A stretch of 64,000 nt of DNA from Camelus dromedarius (taxonomy: Eukaryota). The stretch's first letter is position 1. Every line of letters begins with the position of its first letter. The translations under genes and the position numbers were made by a program. Below are positions 29,314 through 43,499 of this stretch, piece after piece. The notes below the pieces were generated by a model. It did not search any database and was not told the origin of the DNA. It saw only the letters and a program-made list of their open reading frames with translations. Where the stretch lies: positions 90,770,001-90,834,000 of the forward strand of contig NC_087472.1 of the NCBI RefSeq assembly GCF_036321535.1, read 5' to 3'.

Positions 29314-31581
29314 TAACATTTCTCGCCTTTTGATGACTTGATGTCTTATCTACTGTGCCAGTTGCTGTTAGTTTGTTCCTCTTCAAAGTGGGAGAGGAGG
29401 TGATCAGGCTGGGACATCGATCGCTGATGTCACCCCCCGCACCGCCGATCACTGGGTTGTTTTGGTGGATCTGCCTCATTCGGCAGGTGTCCCTTTCCAC
29501 CTTTACTCTTCGGCTCTGCAGAGCCATGTTCTTGGTTGATTAGGACTGACTGCCTGTCTCCACTGAGATATTTGTCCATCAGGTGTATACAGATTAACTG
29601 TACCTCTTCTTTCCTGGAACGCAAACACTTTGATCATCTTTCCTTTCTTTCTTTCTTTCTTTCTTTTTTTCTTTTCTTTTCTATTCTTTTCTTTCTTTTT
29701 TTTTCCCATGATCTTTTCTGTTTATAGAAACTCTCTAAGAATTGGTTATAAAATTAAGGGATGATTCTATTTTGGGAGACCCGTCATGGTAGCTCAGTCT
29801 CTTAATGACTTTGCACCACTTTTCTTCCCCAAAAGTAACAAGAATTGTTTCAAGCACCCTGAAACATACTTCTTTATCTGTGATTCTGATTACACTTTTT
29901 TTTGTAGTATCCTAATGAACTTCTAAGGGAATATAAAGTATGCAAGTAAATGAAAGATTCACAAAGCAGCTAAAAAAAGAAAATGTTCCTTATAAATTTA
30001 AAAGAGAAAGTGAGAGGAAAGATACCAGCTTATTATTCTGATATTCTTTAAATGTCACAGAAAACAATTGGCTCTTAAATCTTCAGTGTTGTTGACCTGT
30101 TTGGGGAGACAGGATATTTTTAAGTGATTTAATCTTATCGAACAACAGTCTCAAATCCAAATTCTGAAACAGTGATGTATTAAACATCTGGATCAACATC
30201 AAGGTTTCCATAGCGATGAATAAGTGTTAACTTGTAAACTAGTTGTATCATCTGTGCCTGTTCAGAATCCACTTACCAGCTAAGTAAATACTCTTCTGGT
30301 TATGCTCAGACTTGTTTTATTACTTTGTTTCCTAATAACTACTTTGTACCATTTGTGTGCTTTTTATTCACTGTGCTCCTTTACCATTGGTGTTTGTCCT
30401 TCCATACTTCATGCTGTTTCCAAAGAGGTTTTAACAAAAACCTTCAGAGGTTTCTAAAGCCTAGATAGACAAAACTGAGTAGGCAGTGCTTGCAAAGGAC
30501 ACCTTCTTTCCTTCCTGGTTTTGGCAGGTAAGAGTGATGCCACGGGGCAGTGGGGTTGGAGGGGAAGCTATACAGGACCGCATAGTATTTCTTACCTTTC
30601 TTTTCTTAGCTTCCTTCATTGGTAAGATTTGTATGGGGGGGAGGAATTTTATAAAATGACAAAGACGAATGCTTTGGAGGATCTAAGAGAGCCTTTTCAC
30701 ATTCAATTCTTTTGCCCTTATCAAATGAGATCATTTTAGGAATCAGTACTTCTTTTTCCTCCTCCCCCACTCCCCCATCCCGAAGAGGGTTGGGATCTAA
30801 AAATGGTAGCTTTTCCCCCACATTCCCATATGTGACATAAGGAATATGTTTATTTGAATTGGCGAAGATGCTTATCTGAAAAAGCACAAGGCAGGGAGAG
30901 CATGAAACGAAGAATACAGTAATCTGAGAATCGGGGAAATGTACCATGTAGTACTTACACATGATCAATTCTTTCATCTAACCCAAATCATGTCTTTTCT
31001 TGGGGCTTCAGCTATCATGTGTGGTCAACGTGGTGAGGAATTTCTGAAGAGAGACAGATAAAAGAGATTATCCAAGTAACTATCTGAAGATGAATCATGT
31101 CAGTCAATCAGGAAATGTAATTAAAGCAAGATTTGTTTTAATTGAGAGTTCTAGTTCCATTTTCTTTTTGTCTTATGAAATTGCTTTCTCTTTATAATTT
31201 TTTGAAAATACTTACCTCAGAAAACTTTTGTGCCCTTCTAATGGGTAGGGGGACCTGCCATGCATCAACCTTCTTCAGGAAGTTCTTTCAAGCTCTAGTA
31301 CTTGGTCTTCAAAAGACTGGAAGTTTGCCAGTATCTTCCTGCTTAATCTGAATGAGTTCCTAGTGGAGTTTCAATAAGAGCTGAGTTTTTCTTCCCTCCC
31401 TCCAAATGTTTATAGGATAATCTTTCTGCCAAAATGTTTTGATAGTGTTGGAGAAGCACCAGAGAAATCTGGAAGGAGAAAGTTAATCACTTACCTTGTG
31501 GGAATAATGAACACTGCATTCTGTTTCAAGAATTAAGACAGTGGAAGAAGGTTTATTAAAGGGTGTTCTTTGGGAATCTGA

Positions 31582-31752
<171 letters not shown>

Positions 31753-32455
31753 TGATGTGCGTCCGCGCACCTGGGAGAAGTTTCAGTTGTGCACAGCATT
31801 GCAGATCACATGTAATGCTGTGATTTGTAAGTTCCCCAGATGTCTCCCCACATGTCAGCCAGCTCGAGTGGCTCCAAATTGTAGACTCTGGGACTTACCT
31901 TATCCCTAGTGCATCAGGGCCTGCCTGGCACTCGTGGAATGTCGTAGACACTCAACATACATTGTTTGGTGAACCAGTAGGTTTTTCTTCGGTTTTCGTG
32001 GGTTGTAGGGAAGACATTTTCACATTTATTTTGCACAGCTCTGGTGGTTGTGTGCAGAGGTGTTATGGTCATGGGGCATGTTGGGTATTGGGGGGCAAAA
32101 ATACAGTTTGCCTCAAATTCACAATCCACTACTTTCAATTAATCTTACTCACCTTTTATCTGTTTTATATGCTAACACCTAGCCACTAAATGCTAGGCAT
32201 TTACCTTTTAAAGTACTCTGTGTGAGATAGGTATTATTTCTCAGCCCCTTTTTACAGATGAGGACTCTGAGGTCCTGAGGGTAAATAATTTGCCCACAGT
32301 TGTATAATTAAGAACTGGAGCCTTCTCCTAAGATGTTGTGTTGAGAAAATGTTCAGTGGCCAATAGAACTTTGAAAAATCACTGGTGAAATGGAAAGGGC
32401 CTAGACATGGTGGGCACAGATCTGAGTGTAAAAATCTTTTATTCCTTAAACACTA

Positions 32456-32620
32456 GCTGCTTGTTCTTCAAAGTGTGCTCTGTAGACCAGCAGCAATTGG
32501 CATCACCTGGGAACTTATTAGAACTACAGAACCTCAGGCCCCACCCCTGACTTTCTAAATGAAAAGCTGCATTTTAGCAAAACCTGCATTTTAGGAACAC
32601 ATCAGTTTGAGAAGCTCTGC
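32456..32620. mobile_element. MER5A-like hAT DNA transposon
   Basis: ttcttcaaagtgtg...ccagcagca...catcacctgggaactt.ttagaa...ctcaggccccacccc...tttgagaagc. Confidence 0.8.
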
Positions 32621-32899
32621 TTTAGAGCATTTCTTGCTTCCATCTCCAGAGTGATTCTCCCAGCTGTTGCTTCCTCACTTTGATTTCTTTTGCAAAGCTA
32701 GCCAGTGATGGAGAGTGTACCGTGCTGTGAATGGATGGTATCTAGTGGGTGAAATACGATAGCAACGTGGACAAAACATTTTAAAAATACTGTACAGCGT
32801 GGCCACACTTAAGGTCAACTTTTCGACCTCAAGACTTCTATAAACTACTGTTTGAGTAGCCTAGTAGTTGGTATACTTTATTTATTCACCATAACGACT

Positions 32900-33055
32900 T
32901 GTTCAGGTATTATTGCCCCCATTTTATAGATAATCTAAGCCTCGGACAGGGGAATAACCCACCCAAGTTAACCCCACTAGTAAATGTCAGACCTGGTTTC
33001 AAAGCCCTGTTTCTGTGTGATTCCAAAGCCTTTGCCCTCAACCTCTACTCGCTCC
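32900..33055. mobile_element. MIR fragment
   Basis: ccccattttatagat...cccaagtta...tgattccaaagcc. Confidence 0.6.
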
Positions 33056-33143
33056 TAAGTTACAGAACAAGCGGCCCGAGGCAGAGCACTGGAGTGGTGC
33101 TTTATCTTGAGATCATACCTTCTGAAGCCTGATCTCAGCATGA

Positions 33144-33293
<150 letters not shown>

Positions 33294-33981
33294 TGAGTAG
33301 TGGGAAAAGCAAAACAGACTCTCGTTTGACGTATATATTTGAACTCCTCTCAGCTGAATACCTTCCTTCACTCCCAAGTGCAAACAGTCTCTCCTATTTC
33401 TTTCTTTAGATTTACTTTAGCTGCAAAGAGAAAAACAAGCTGATATTCAGTCGCCATTTTCCCATGTCAGTTGTCCCATGACAATGACCTTTTCCAAAAA
33501 TGGAACTGTATCTCACAGGGAAATAAAACCACGTTACGGCTGCTCACTACCTTACAAGGCTTTTAAGAAATATGGGACTGTTTACAAATGAGTGACTCCA
33601 AGATCTCATTTTGATTTTCCTCCCTCACAAATCAGTAGGCGTGTGTCTTTTTGTATCTGATTGTGTGGTCGTATCTAGTCACTTTTTTCTACTTCAAATA
33701 GAGTCACAGCACATTTCTTCACAGTGAGTAGTAATGATTCTCATGGCCAAACTGATGATGCCTTCACCTCTTTTGAACCTGCTCTTTCTTTTTCTCCATA
33801 AGTCTCATGGCAATAGCACAACTGTTTTTCTTTTAATTCACTTTCCACCTTTGTTTGGCTGTTGCACTCCATGGTTCATACTTAATTGGATTTCACTTAT
33901 TTTGACCTTTCAGTAATTTGTGTCTGTGTGTGGCTGAGTTTGCCTGTGTTTCTCTTCACCACCTCATTTTTTGTTTTGCAG

Positions 33982-34020
33982 TCCTGTTACTCTGATCAAC
34001 TTCTGGCCGGTAGATTCTGC
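33982..34020 (+). CDS. DMD: Dystrophin exon 71 (39 bp, alternatively spliced)
   Basis: ttttgcag|TCCTGTTACT...TTCTGC|gtgagt. Encodes PVTLINFWPVDSA. Confidence 0.95.
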
Positions 34021-36445
34021 GTGAGTACTTCTGCTGAAGGGTGCTGCTACCACCAACACATTCGCTTGCTTGATTTAAAAAAGTTTTGTTCTGTTTGTTT
34101 TGTTTTAAAGACATTTTAATTTCCCTTCATTCAATTTTTTTCTTCCCTTGGTAAGACTTTGAGAGTGCCTTCTACCCCAGGTCAGGAGAATCAGTGAGGT
34201 TTTCAGGTCCCCATCTGGTCAAATTTAAACCAACAGAAATCCTGGCCTTGAGTTCAAAGTGACATCACAGAAGCTGTTGGGTTGTTATAGTCCAGGGAGA
34301 CATGTTTGTATATTCTTTCACTAGAAGCAGGGAAGAGCCTTCTGATTACATCATAACATTCTTTAGCCGTATTTCTAGAGATTCAGCGCTTTAGGGCCTT
34401 CAAAAGGGTGATAGTTTATTCTAGGGCCTGTTAAAAGTGGACCATTCAAAAATCAGTGAAATTTGTTTTATAGTACGATGTTGAGTATGGTTGAATCATT
34501 TCAATGAGGCATGCGGGCTATTTCTACTCAGGTAACTCCATGCTATTTGTGTAATCTTGATAGACGTGAGTGTCTCAGTTTTGAACTAAATGCACTTTGC
34601 TTTCTTCTCCAAGCTAAATACCCAGCTCATAAACAGTTATACGTTTACACTCGAAGGAAAGTGTACTGTGGTCTTTGTTATTGCTATTGGTGTGTGTTAT
34701 TAATAATACTAATACTAGATACCAACAGATAATTGATTTGTCTCAGCATTTATAATGTTATTAGAAAACTTTTTGGAGTCTGTGATTTATATATCAGCAA
34801 ACAAAGTGTGCATTGTTTTAAAGTTACATTGTGTGAGGGTCTAATAACAAAATTTTGGTATTTCAGAATGTACTTCATTAAAATATTTACTTAAAGTCAT
34901 ATAGCTCCATTAAATATAAGACGAAAATGACCAGTTTGGAAGACAGGCTTATGTAAGAATTTACTTTATTTTTAGTGGGTCTTTTTTTATTCCACCATGT
35001 AGTTTAATTTAAAGGGGATCCTTTTTCAAAAATTCTGTAGTGATAAATGCAAACTATTAATTGAGGTTTATTTTAAGTCCTTATTAGCCTAAAGGAACTC
35101 TAGGTTTCCCTTTCTCGTTTCAAGCTGCATTATCGTGCCCTTGAATTCTGGGATATAGTGGCTCTCCCTGGTTTCTTTAATAACCGTTATGCTTAAACAA
35201 CTTGGGAGGTTACTTAGATTCAGTTATGTTCTTTGCTCTTAGTAATTGTTTCCTCTAACCCAGGTTGTCTATTGGTTTATAAAAGTTAAAGCTTTTCATA
35301 AATAAGAAACTGTTTAAAAAATTGATATACTGGAATCTTCAGCTTGATTGGATCCCGATAAGCAAATTGACTTACTTTGTGTTAAACTAAGTTCTAACCA
35401 ATGGAGAAATCCAAAGACAAATGTGCTGAAGAATAACTTTTTAAACGCAGGGTCGGAGGTACACAGCGTAATAAACAAAGAATAACTAACAGTTCCTTAA
35501 AAGGAAAGAGAAAGAACAAAAGTGTATTATATACATAAGCTAATCAGAAAAACTCATAACCGAGTAAGTTTAATGTAACTTTTTTTAAGTAGAGGGTGAT
35601 TGTTAAATTTTGAAGAACTTTAAAATTAATAACATTCTCTATTAAAAATATCCTCTCTGACAACTGAAGCCTACCGCCACTTTGCCTTTTTATAAAAGTG
35701 TTAGATTATTTAGAAATGGTGGGAAATTCTCATTTTGAGAAAGAAAACAACCCCAGGTGACTAAAGTCACTGTTTTCTTTAATACCAGTAATTTTATTAA
35801 AGCCTTTACTCATGGGATTATAAATAATTTATGAAATAAATTGTAAAGTTGTCCTATTCAGGCAGAAGAGCCAGGCCCTAAGGTGTTCTATTTTGCAAGA
35901 ATTCTATCTAATGTTAACACATCCTGTGACAATGGTAGCATTTAATACATTCGATATGGATCACAGAATTTGAAAGTTTACTGAGATACAGTCTTTTGTT
36001 TTTCCTTAGAGAGAATCCTTACTTACCTACATTTGTCATCTTATTGGAAACTAAATCTAGCATAAACCTTTTATATTCTTTGTCCACAAATGAGACAATC
36101 AAACAATATTCTTTGAGTTATTCTGCTTTGAAACCTAAATGGGTGAAAACTTATTAATGGAGTTTTCACAAAACAGAAAGTGGTGGTGGGTCGGATGGAA
36201 TTGGCTATTGGTGAGAATTGGAATAATGCTTCTGGGTGTATCGTTTTGTATTTAGGGAGTGAGAAGGAAGAACAGTATTCTTACCTTCCCTTGGAGAAGT
36301 GTTTTAGAAGGCTTTGCTTTTAGTTCTGTTTCTGGACTAAGTGGTTTTGTACTTCTACTAATTCTTGGTTTCTGAATGATTCTTCTCTGACCAGTACTCC
36401 CTTTTGGCTCATTTTCTGGTTTCGATAGTACCTCCTTCAGTGTAC

Positions 36446-36520
36446 ATGTATATATATATGTGTGTGTATGTGTATAAATATATATATATGTATGTGTATA
36501 TATGTATATATACACACACA
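36446..36520. repeat. Imperfect (TA/TG/CA)n microsatellite
   Basis: Directly visible tgtatatatatatgtgtgtg...tatacacacaca. Confidence 0.85.
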
Positions 36521-38407
36521 CTTTTTTTTAGATTTCCGGTTTTTTATGAGTTCTTGTGCTTATGTATGCTGTGTTAGGCGCTATGTAGATTAATAAGAAA
36601 AATAACATGGAATTATCCTCAAGGCTAAGAATTAAAGCTCTGCATAAGATTTTCTGTGTAAGATGTTATTAAATGCTGTGCATTTACATGCCTACTTCTC
36701 TTGGTGTAATTAATGCTCCAAGGTCTCAGGATTTCTTGCTTGATACTACCCAGATAGCAACTATTATAAAGGAAAATATATTTCCACTAATATATTTTCC
36801 TCGATGGTGGGCTTTTAGCTTATAAGAAGGATGTAATTGAAAGACTTGTCTGTTCCAAAAGATAGGGCTTATAAAGCAAATAATCCAAGCACTCAATTCT
36901 CTTGACCTACAGTGCATATTTCAAAACAAATCTTAATTTTTCTAATAATGGGCCATTCCATGGTTCTGAGAAATTAGCAGATTATCCCCAAAACTGGAGA
37001 TTCACCTGGAAATCTTTGGATCTGCCTAGTAAATTGGGTACTCATCCTTTTGTTTCCTCATGACAGTTTAAGCATCTTTGTAATTCATTCCAAATTTGAT
37101 TATGGTAACGCTTGACCTAGACAGCATTGGTTTCATCAGACATTTATCTCTCAGGGAAGACTTCATTTCCCTAATTATTTGCTGTAGTGTGTTGTAATCA
37201 TCTTATGATGGTGTGTCTTCTTTAAGAAATATGAAATGCTAGGCCATTTCCTATATAAGCCTAGGTAACTACACAGTTTTCTCTTTTTTTAAATGTAAGG
37301 AAAAAACCCATATTCTTCTCAGTATTCTAACCGAGTCCATGAATGCTATTTAGACATTGGACTAAACTAGTCCTCTCTGAATAGATTACTGTTGACTTTT
37401 GGATTCATGCCTTTCCCTAAAGGCTTTCTCTATCAGGAGAGAAATGGAAACGATCTTTTGTCCTATTCTAGTGAAAACAAAAAAGCACATGCCCGAACTG
37501 GTTTTCAGAACAGATGGATTTTTTTCCTAAGGTTAATCTGAGAGATATTGTATAAACTTCAAGGACAGTTAATAGATCACATGTGAATAGATGGAAACAT
37601 GTTAACCCTACCAAGATTCTAATCTATGAAAGTAAAAAGAGTAGGATTTTATGCCCCCAGAGTCTACAGACCATGCATGCTGACCCTTGCCTCCTATTCC
37701 CTGCCCCCTTGTATTCTCACACATGGTACCCCTAATAAGATACATTTCCGATATTGTGATACTCTGTTGAATTTAGTTATTCTTTTTTAAGATTTCACAT
37801 TATAATTTTAGGCCATTCAGTTTTACTCTATGAAGAAGTAATACAATCCTGCTGGTAAATTGGTAGATACATACTTTCTTCACAAAATTGCACAGACCAT
37901 CTTGATACATGGAATCTTAAGTAGTCATGGACTGGAGTGGCCTCTTTGGAACTAAAATTGTTGACTGCAAGTGTACTAGGGGGAATGTACACTTTCTATT
38001 CAATAAGAAGGCAGCTAGTAACTGGCACAGGTGTAAACTGTTTCAGATTGTAAACCACATGTGCTAACACAATTTCACAGCTGTAGGGTATGAGACATTA
38101 CAAGGAAGGAGGACAAAAATGTCATGTAGACATTGTCCCCCCCAACCTTTTCTATAACTGAAACTTGCCCGAGAAGTTTGTGATCTCTATGGCTTTGGAA
38201 AAAAGCAGAAGTAGGAGAAATCATCTCTCAAACCTGGATTCTAAATACTTGATGATACAGAAGCTACAGGAACAACTAAATGTGTACATTATCCATAGAA
38301 TTAGAAATGAAAGCATTCTAGGCCATGTATATAAATAACTGTGTGGTGGGGTTTTTTTCTCCATTAATGGATGGTGTCTGTGACTAATCACATTTTCTGC
38401 CTTATAG

Positions 38408-38473
38408 GCCTGCCTCGTCCCCTCAACTTTCACACGATGATACTCATTCACGCATTGAACATTATGCTAGCAG
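38408..38473 (+). CDS. DMD: Dystrophin exon 72 (66 bp)
   Basis: cttatag|GCCTGCCTCG...TAGCAG|gtatga, with a branch-point-like tgactaat at 38381. Encodes PASSPQLSHDDTHSRIEHYASR. Confidence 0.96.
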
Positions 38474-39581
38474 GTATGAGACTAGTTGAATGCCAGGCAA
38501 ATATTGAATGAAATAACTAACCAAGGAAATCTAACCTATAACCATTTTAAACAAATCTTTTCTTTTTCCCCAATCTTGTCTGATTTCTACTAATCAGCTT
38601 GCCCTCTAACGTGCATGCCATTCCACTGCATGTTGTTTTTGGACCAATAAGAGCATCAGTTCAGAACAGCCTCCCCTAACCCTGGCCTTTAAACACTCCT
38701 CGTAGCTTTGTTGTGTTTTATATCCTGAGTTTGTTTAATCAACTGACTTAGAAACCATCTAACCTTCTTAGAAAACTGCTAGATCAGACATAAATATGTT
38801 AAGAAAGTATACTGTGTTGTGTGGAGAACGTGAAAGCACTGGCTTTCTATTTCTGTGTTTATTGTACATAATATGCCATAAAGAAGAGAATCATTAATTT
38901 TCCTAATCCTTGTGCCTTTCTGTCCCACCTTCTTTGTGTTGAGGTAACTTTTATATCTAAAGCCTGAATTGCTAATTGTAAGATATCTTATGCTTGTTAA
39001 ATAAATCTGTAAGAGTTTGCTTAACTTTTTTTTTTTTTTAGTTGTAAAAGGAGTTTATTATTGTCTGAGATGAAGGAGGTTTTTAAAGGTAAAAATTGGT
39101 TGCAGAATGTTTGGAGAGGTTACTGTGAATCTGTCCTTTATCAATATTCTAACTGCTAAACGTGTTTATCAACCATGGGAAGCATTAACTAGCTATATGT
39201 AACTCTGTCATCAGTGGAAAGCTTTAATTGTCTTTAAAAAGAAAACCACAGGGTCGTGTAAGGTACGGGGTGTATTTGTTGTTAGGGAGCCTTTTCTCAT
39301 GGAAACAAAGGCCTGTTCTCGGTGAAAGGAAGATCTATCTGCTAAGAAACAAAATTCAACTTCCCTTATAATTTAAAACAGAAATATAAAGCTGCTAACT
39401 AGCTGTGGTCCACCGCTCACTGCCTCAGATGGTTAGGCCAACACACACATCCCTTAATATGAAGGATTCCTTTCTCCTCTTGACATGAGTTAGCCTTTAG
39501 TTTTCAGGAATGTTCGATTAGGTCTTGAATAGGTTCTAAGAAGTCACATAAGTTTTAATGAGCTTTTACGTTTTTTATCAG

Positions 39582-39647
39582 GCTAGCAGAAATGGAAAAC
39601 AGCAATGGATCTTATCTAAATGATAGCATCTCTCCTAATGAGAGCAT
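39582..39647 (+). CDS. DMD: Dystrophin exon 73 (66 bp)
   Basis: ttatcag|GCTAGCAG...GAGCAT|gtaagt. Encodes LAEMENSNGSYLNDSISPNESI. Confidence 0.96.
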
Positions 39648-42324
39648 GTAAGTATCCTGTCTCTTTTTACAAAATGTTCCTGACGATGAAATTGCTTGGA
39701 GGGATTTAGAGGTAGGGTAGCAAAGAAGATAGGAATTAGCATTTATATTCGTTTGATCTTTCAAGGAGCCATTCATTTACTTTTTTTTTTTTTTTAAACT
39801 CTTGACAACCTGACACAGAATGAGTTCATCCAGATTGTGGCATTCTTGGTGTTTCAGATGGTCCAGAATGTTCCCCAAACACTTTGCCTTATTCTTATTT
39901 AATGCCACACTATCACAAATCGCAGGGTCCTAAATACTTAAATTAGATTAAATGCTTAATCTTGGACCAAACCTGCCACATACTTTAAGGGATTGGATAT
40001 TAATTTTTAAAGTGCTGGCTAAGTAGTATTTTGTCCACTCATGGGGAGTGGAGATACAATCTTGGTGTAGTTGCATTGGTATTCCCATATGGTCGGTTAG
40101 TTGGGCATTTTCCTCTAGAGACCCTAAGTGGTAGATTTTTGTGATTTAGCATCTTCATGAGCAAAATAAAATGAGGCAATCTTGTGAAGGGTTTCACAAG
40201 AGGAAGTACAAATTTAGGTCACAGTTTCTTTGTGGGATGATAAGCCAGGCCTGTCAAATTTAAGGAAGGAGAGAGAGTGATGCATTACCGAGCAGGAGAA
40301 CCCGTCACAGTAAGGAACACAGAGGAGTACGCCATGAACCAGCAGCCTGAGGCAGGGGGAGCAGATTAAGAAGTTAATGTGGAGGAAAAAATTAAGGATC
40401 TGCCAACTGAAGAGTTAATTTAGAGAGAAGAAATCTAGTCAAAGTATAATAATGTTATAAGTTTAATAAGGTATGGATGTCTCACTACTTTGTCATGGAA
40501 AATCTAGGCAAAGGGGAAAATGGTAAATTTATCATATGTAGTTTATATGGCAACCCAAAGTCACATTCAAATGAGAAACGGCCTTTAGAACGATTAGACT
40601 GAAGGAAATAGTATCAAAGTGGCATTTATACATAAATGGTTATGTAAGGCATGAGAATAAATCATCTCATCTGGTACATAAAGGCGATCAAGTTAATAAT
40701 AAAGAATAAAATCGACACTCAGCCATTCATATATGATCAAGTTGCCTAAAAGAAAACAACCTTTTCCCCAAACAAAACTTGGTGCATTCTTTTTCTTAGC
40801 TATGGGGGAAAGTATTAATAGAATGAATAATAAAATACTTTGACAGAAAAATAGTTAACCAAAGTATCAGCCAAATGTAAACAACCTGAATGATTTGCTT
40901 CTTTGGGTCACTGATTTGAACATGAGAAGCTCTCGCACATTCAAATTAATTCAAGTTGTATCTGTGTAATAATGGCTGCCACTTGGTGACTGCTTAAGAG
41001 AACAGCGAGAGAAGTTTAATTCTAGCTGTTCTAGCAATAAAATTTCCGAGTTTGGAAGAGGGCTAGTAAATCAGGTGGTAAAACAGCTTTTATTTTTAAA
41101 TGAAATTTAGCTTTCTTTAGCTTATTCTGAGGACGTAAAATCCATTTTGACTCAGTGTTGGATGGTAAAATCATGATATTTTGGGGGCAGGTCTGGGGAA
41201 GTGATTTGATAGATTGGTTGATCTCACTTAAACATTTGTCTTTACCATCCAATAATTATTTTTAGTCAACTGTTAACTTTTCAACCAATTATCTGGCCTG
41301 ACGGACCAAAATCGTTTAAATCAGGAGGATTTTTTCCCTCAGTATCTGAATTTCTTTTCAACTCAGAAGACAAGGAGATGAGAAAAGGAAATTAAATGAG
41401 TGTGGAGAGGGAAGTATTAACGTATCATCTTACTAGTATCTAGCCAGAAACAGAACTTTAGCCTCCCATTAAGAATAGAATGGAGTTCTTATAACTTGGA
41501 GGTACACAGGCTTTTCAGGAGCTAGGAGCATTGGGTTTAGAAAATAATTTCTCCAGTGTACTGGAGAGTTCCTGGGTTTAAGGAGAAAGATTGTAACTGC
41601 CTCCCAAAATAAAAGCCTTTGGCCTCTTGGTTGCCCAAGATTAGTCTTTAAAAGCTGCTCTAAGGAATGAGTTGTTCAGTCCTCTTATAATTAGTCACCT
41701 TAATGGCTTTTTTTTTCCCCTTCCAATTTTTGTGTTTCTATCTAAACAATAATTAAATGAAACAGTTGTTTTATCTGTAGTTTTATTATTGTTACCAGCC
41801 TGCCTCTGTGGCTTAATAAGTAAGTTCAGACTGGCTCACCAAAGCAACACTTTCGGGTTTCATTGCCTTCTACTGAAGAAAATATTTGCTCTGTTCTTTT
41901 ATGGGCTTCAGTTTTTTCCTGGTCAGTATCAACAATAGTGTGGGTGAGTGAGCAGATTATCTTGACAGGCTTGGTAGCAAAACATTATACAGCCATTATT
42001 ATGTCGCTTAATATTTACTAACGATTGGTTAAACTGTCGACATGGAGCCCCAGTGTTGCTGTAATTCTGCTGTTCGTTTACCCATGTAAATAGGCCACCC
42101 AGATTCAGTGGAGAATTTGAGCCAGGGATCCTTGGAATTGTCACCAATAGGATGGTAGAGCACAACCTCAACAATGTCACAGTGTCTTCAGAAATAGGAA
42201 AAGGGGTCTAATTAATTGTTAAGAGCAAATAACTGTTTCTCTTTTAAAATACACACCTGAGTCCCTGACCCCCAAAAGCAAAATAAGGGGGGAAAAAACC
42301 AAAACCTTTGATTTTATTTTCCAG

Positions 42325-42483
42325 AGATGATGAACATTTGTTAATCCAGCATTACTGCCAAAGTTTGAACCAGGACTCCCCCCTGAGCCAGCCTCGTAGT
42401 CCTGCCCAGATCTTGATTTCCTTAGAGAGTGAGGAAAGAGGGGAGCTAGAGAGAATCCTAGCAGATCTTGAGGAAGAAAACAG
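42325..42483 (+). CDS. DMD: Dystrophin exon 74 (159 bp), syntrophin-binding region and start of coiled coil
   Basis: tttccag|AGATGATG...AAACAG|gtgagt. Encodes [53 protein letters not shown]. Exon 75 was not found in the window, so the remainder is intron 74. Confidence 0.97.
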
Positions 42484-43499
42484 GTGAGTTTTCTTTCTAG
42501 CTTTGTCGTTGGTATGCAGAGCGCATACACTTGCGCACATAGAAAAGCGCCAGGAATCTTCACTTAGAGTCGTTCTATGTCTAATTGTTTGCTCCAATAA
42601 TCTGCGTAGCTCCATTTACAGATTTTCTCTCTCTCTTTTTTGTATCTGAAACAAGAAAATGAATGCAACAGCATAAGTAAGAACTCATACTTTAGGTGTT
42701 AAAGGAGTTAATGCTGATGGTGGTATTTGATTTGTTGCATGTGTTTCAGAGGCTTTGATTTTATATTTGAGAATAGAATGTAAGAACAAAGTAGGTCATT
42801 TAATTTTATGGTTATATGATTTGTACATGTGTTTGCCCATATGATCTATCTTAAAGCACTTAAGGAAGTAGGCTCATTGGTCATATTTGGGTATGAATTA
42901 GTTCATCTTATTTTTCATCATCAAACACAAAAATCATTTATGCTCACCGTCCTAGCAGATTAGTGAGGCAATTGCAGTTGTCAGTCATCACCCGAAAAAG
43001 ATGTTCATGGGAAAAGAGCAGAAATTATAAAAGTATAAGACTAAAGACAATTTCATAATGATGGCACAGAGGACAAAGATGTAAAAATCTGGCGTACTGT
43101 GTGGTGTCAGGTTAATGGAAATCATTGGACTTTTACTTTTGTATTACATTTATTGTATCACAGGTCCCTTGGTTAAGAAAGGCTTTTTGCACATGATCAC
43201 TTCTAACTCAGTGTGCCTTCTTTAGACAGATGCCACCAGGCGAGTCTTTAAAGGAGCAGTTGCTCAAATTTATGGGACTTGAGTACTTTCATCTCTTTGG
43301 TTTAGCCCAAGGCACAAAGACCTCTTAATCTAGGCAACACAGTGTGTCTGAGAACCAGTGCCCTCGGGGAGTATGTCACCTCAAGATGAAAAGGCAAACT
43401 GCCGTTTATCCACTGCTGTCTGCTGCCACTGCCCTCTTTCTAGCTCTCAGTGCCTCTGACCAACGCTCCTTATCTGGTCGGCTTCCCTTTAGTCTCCTT

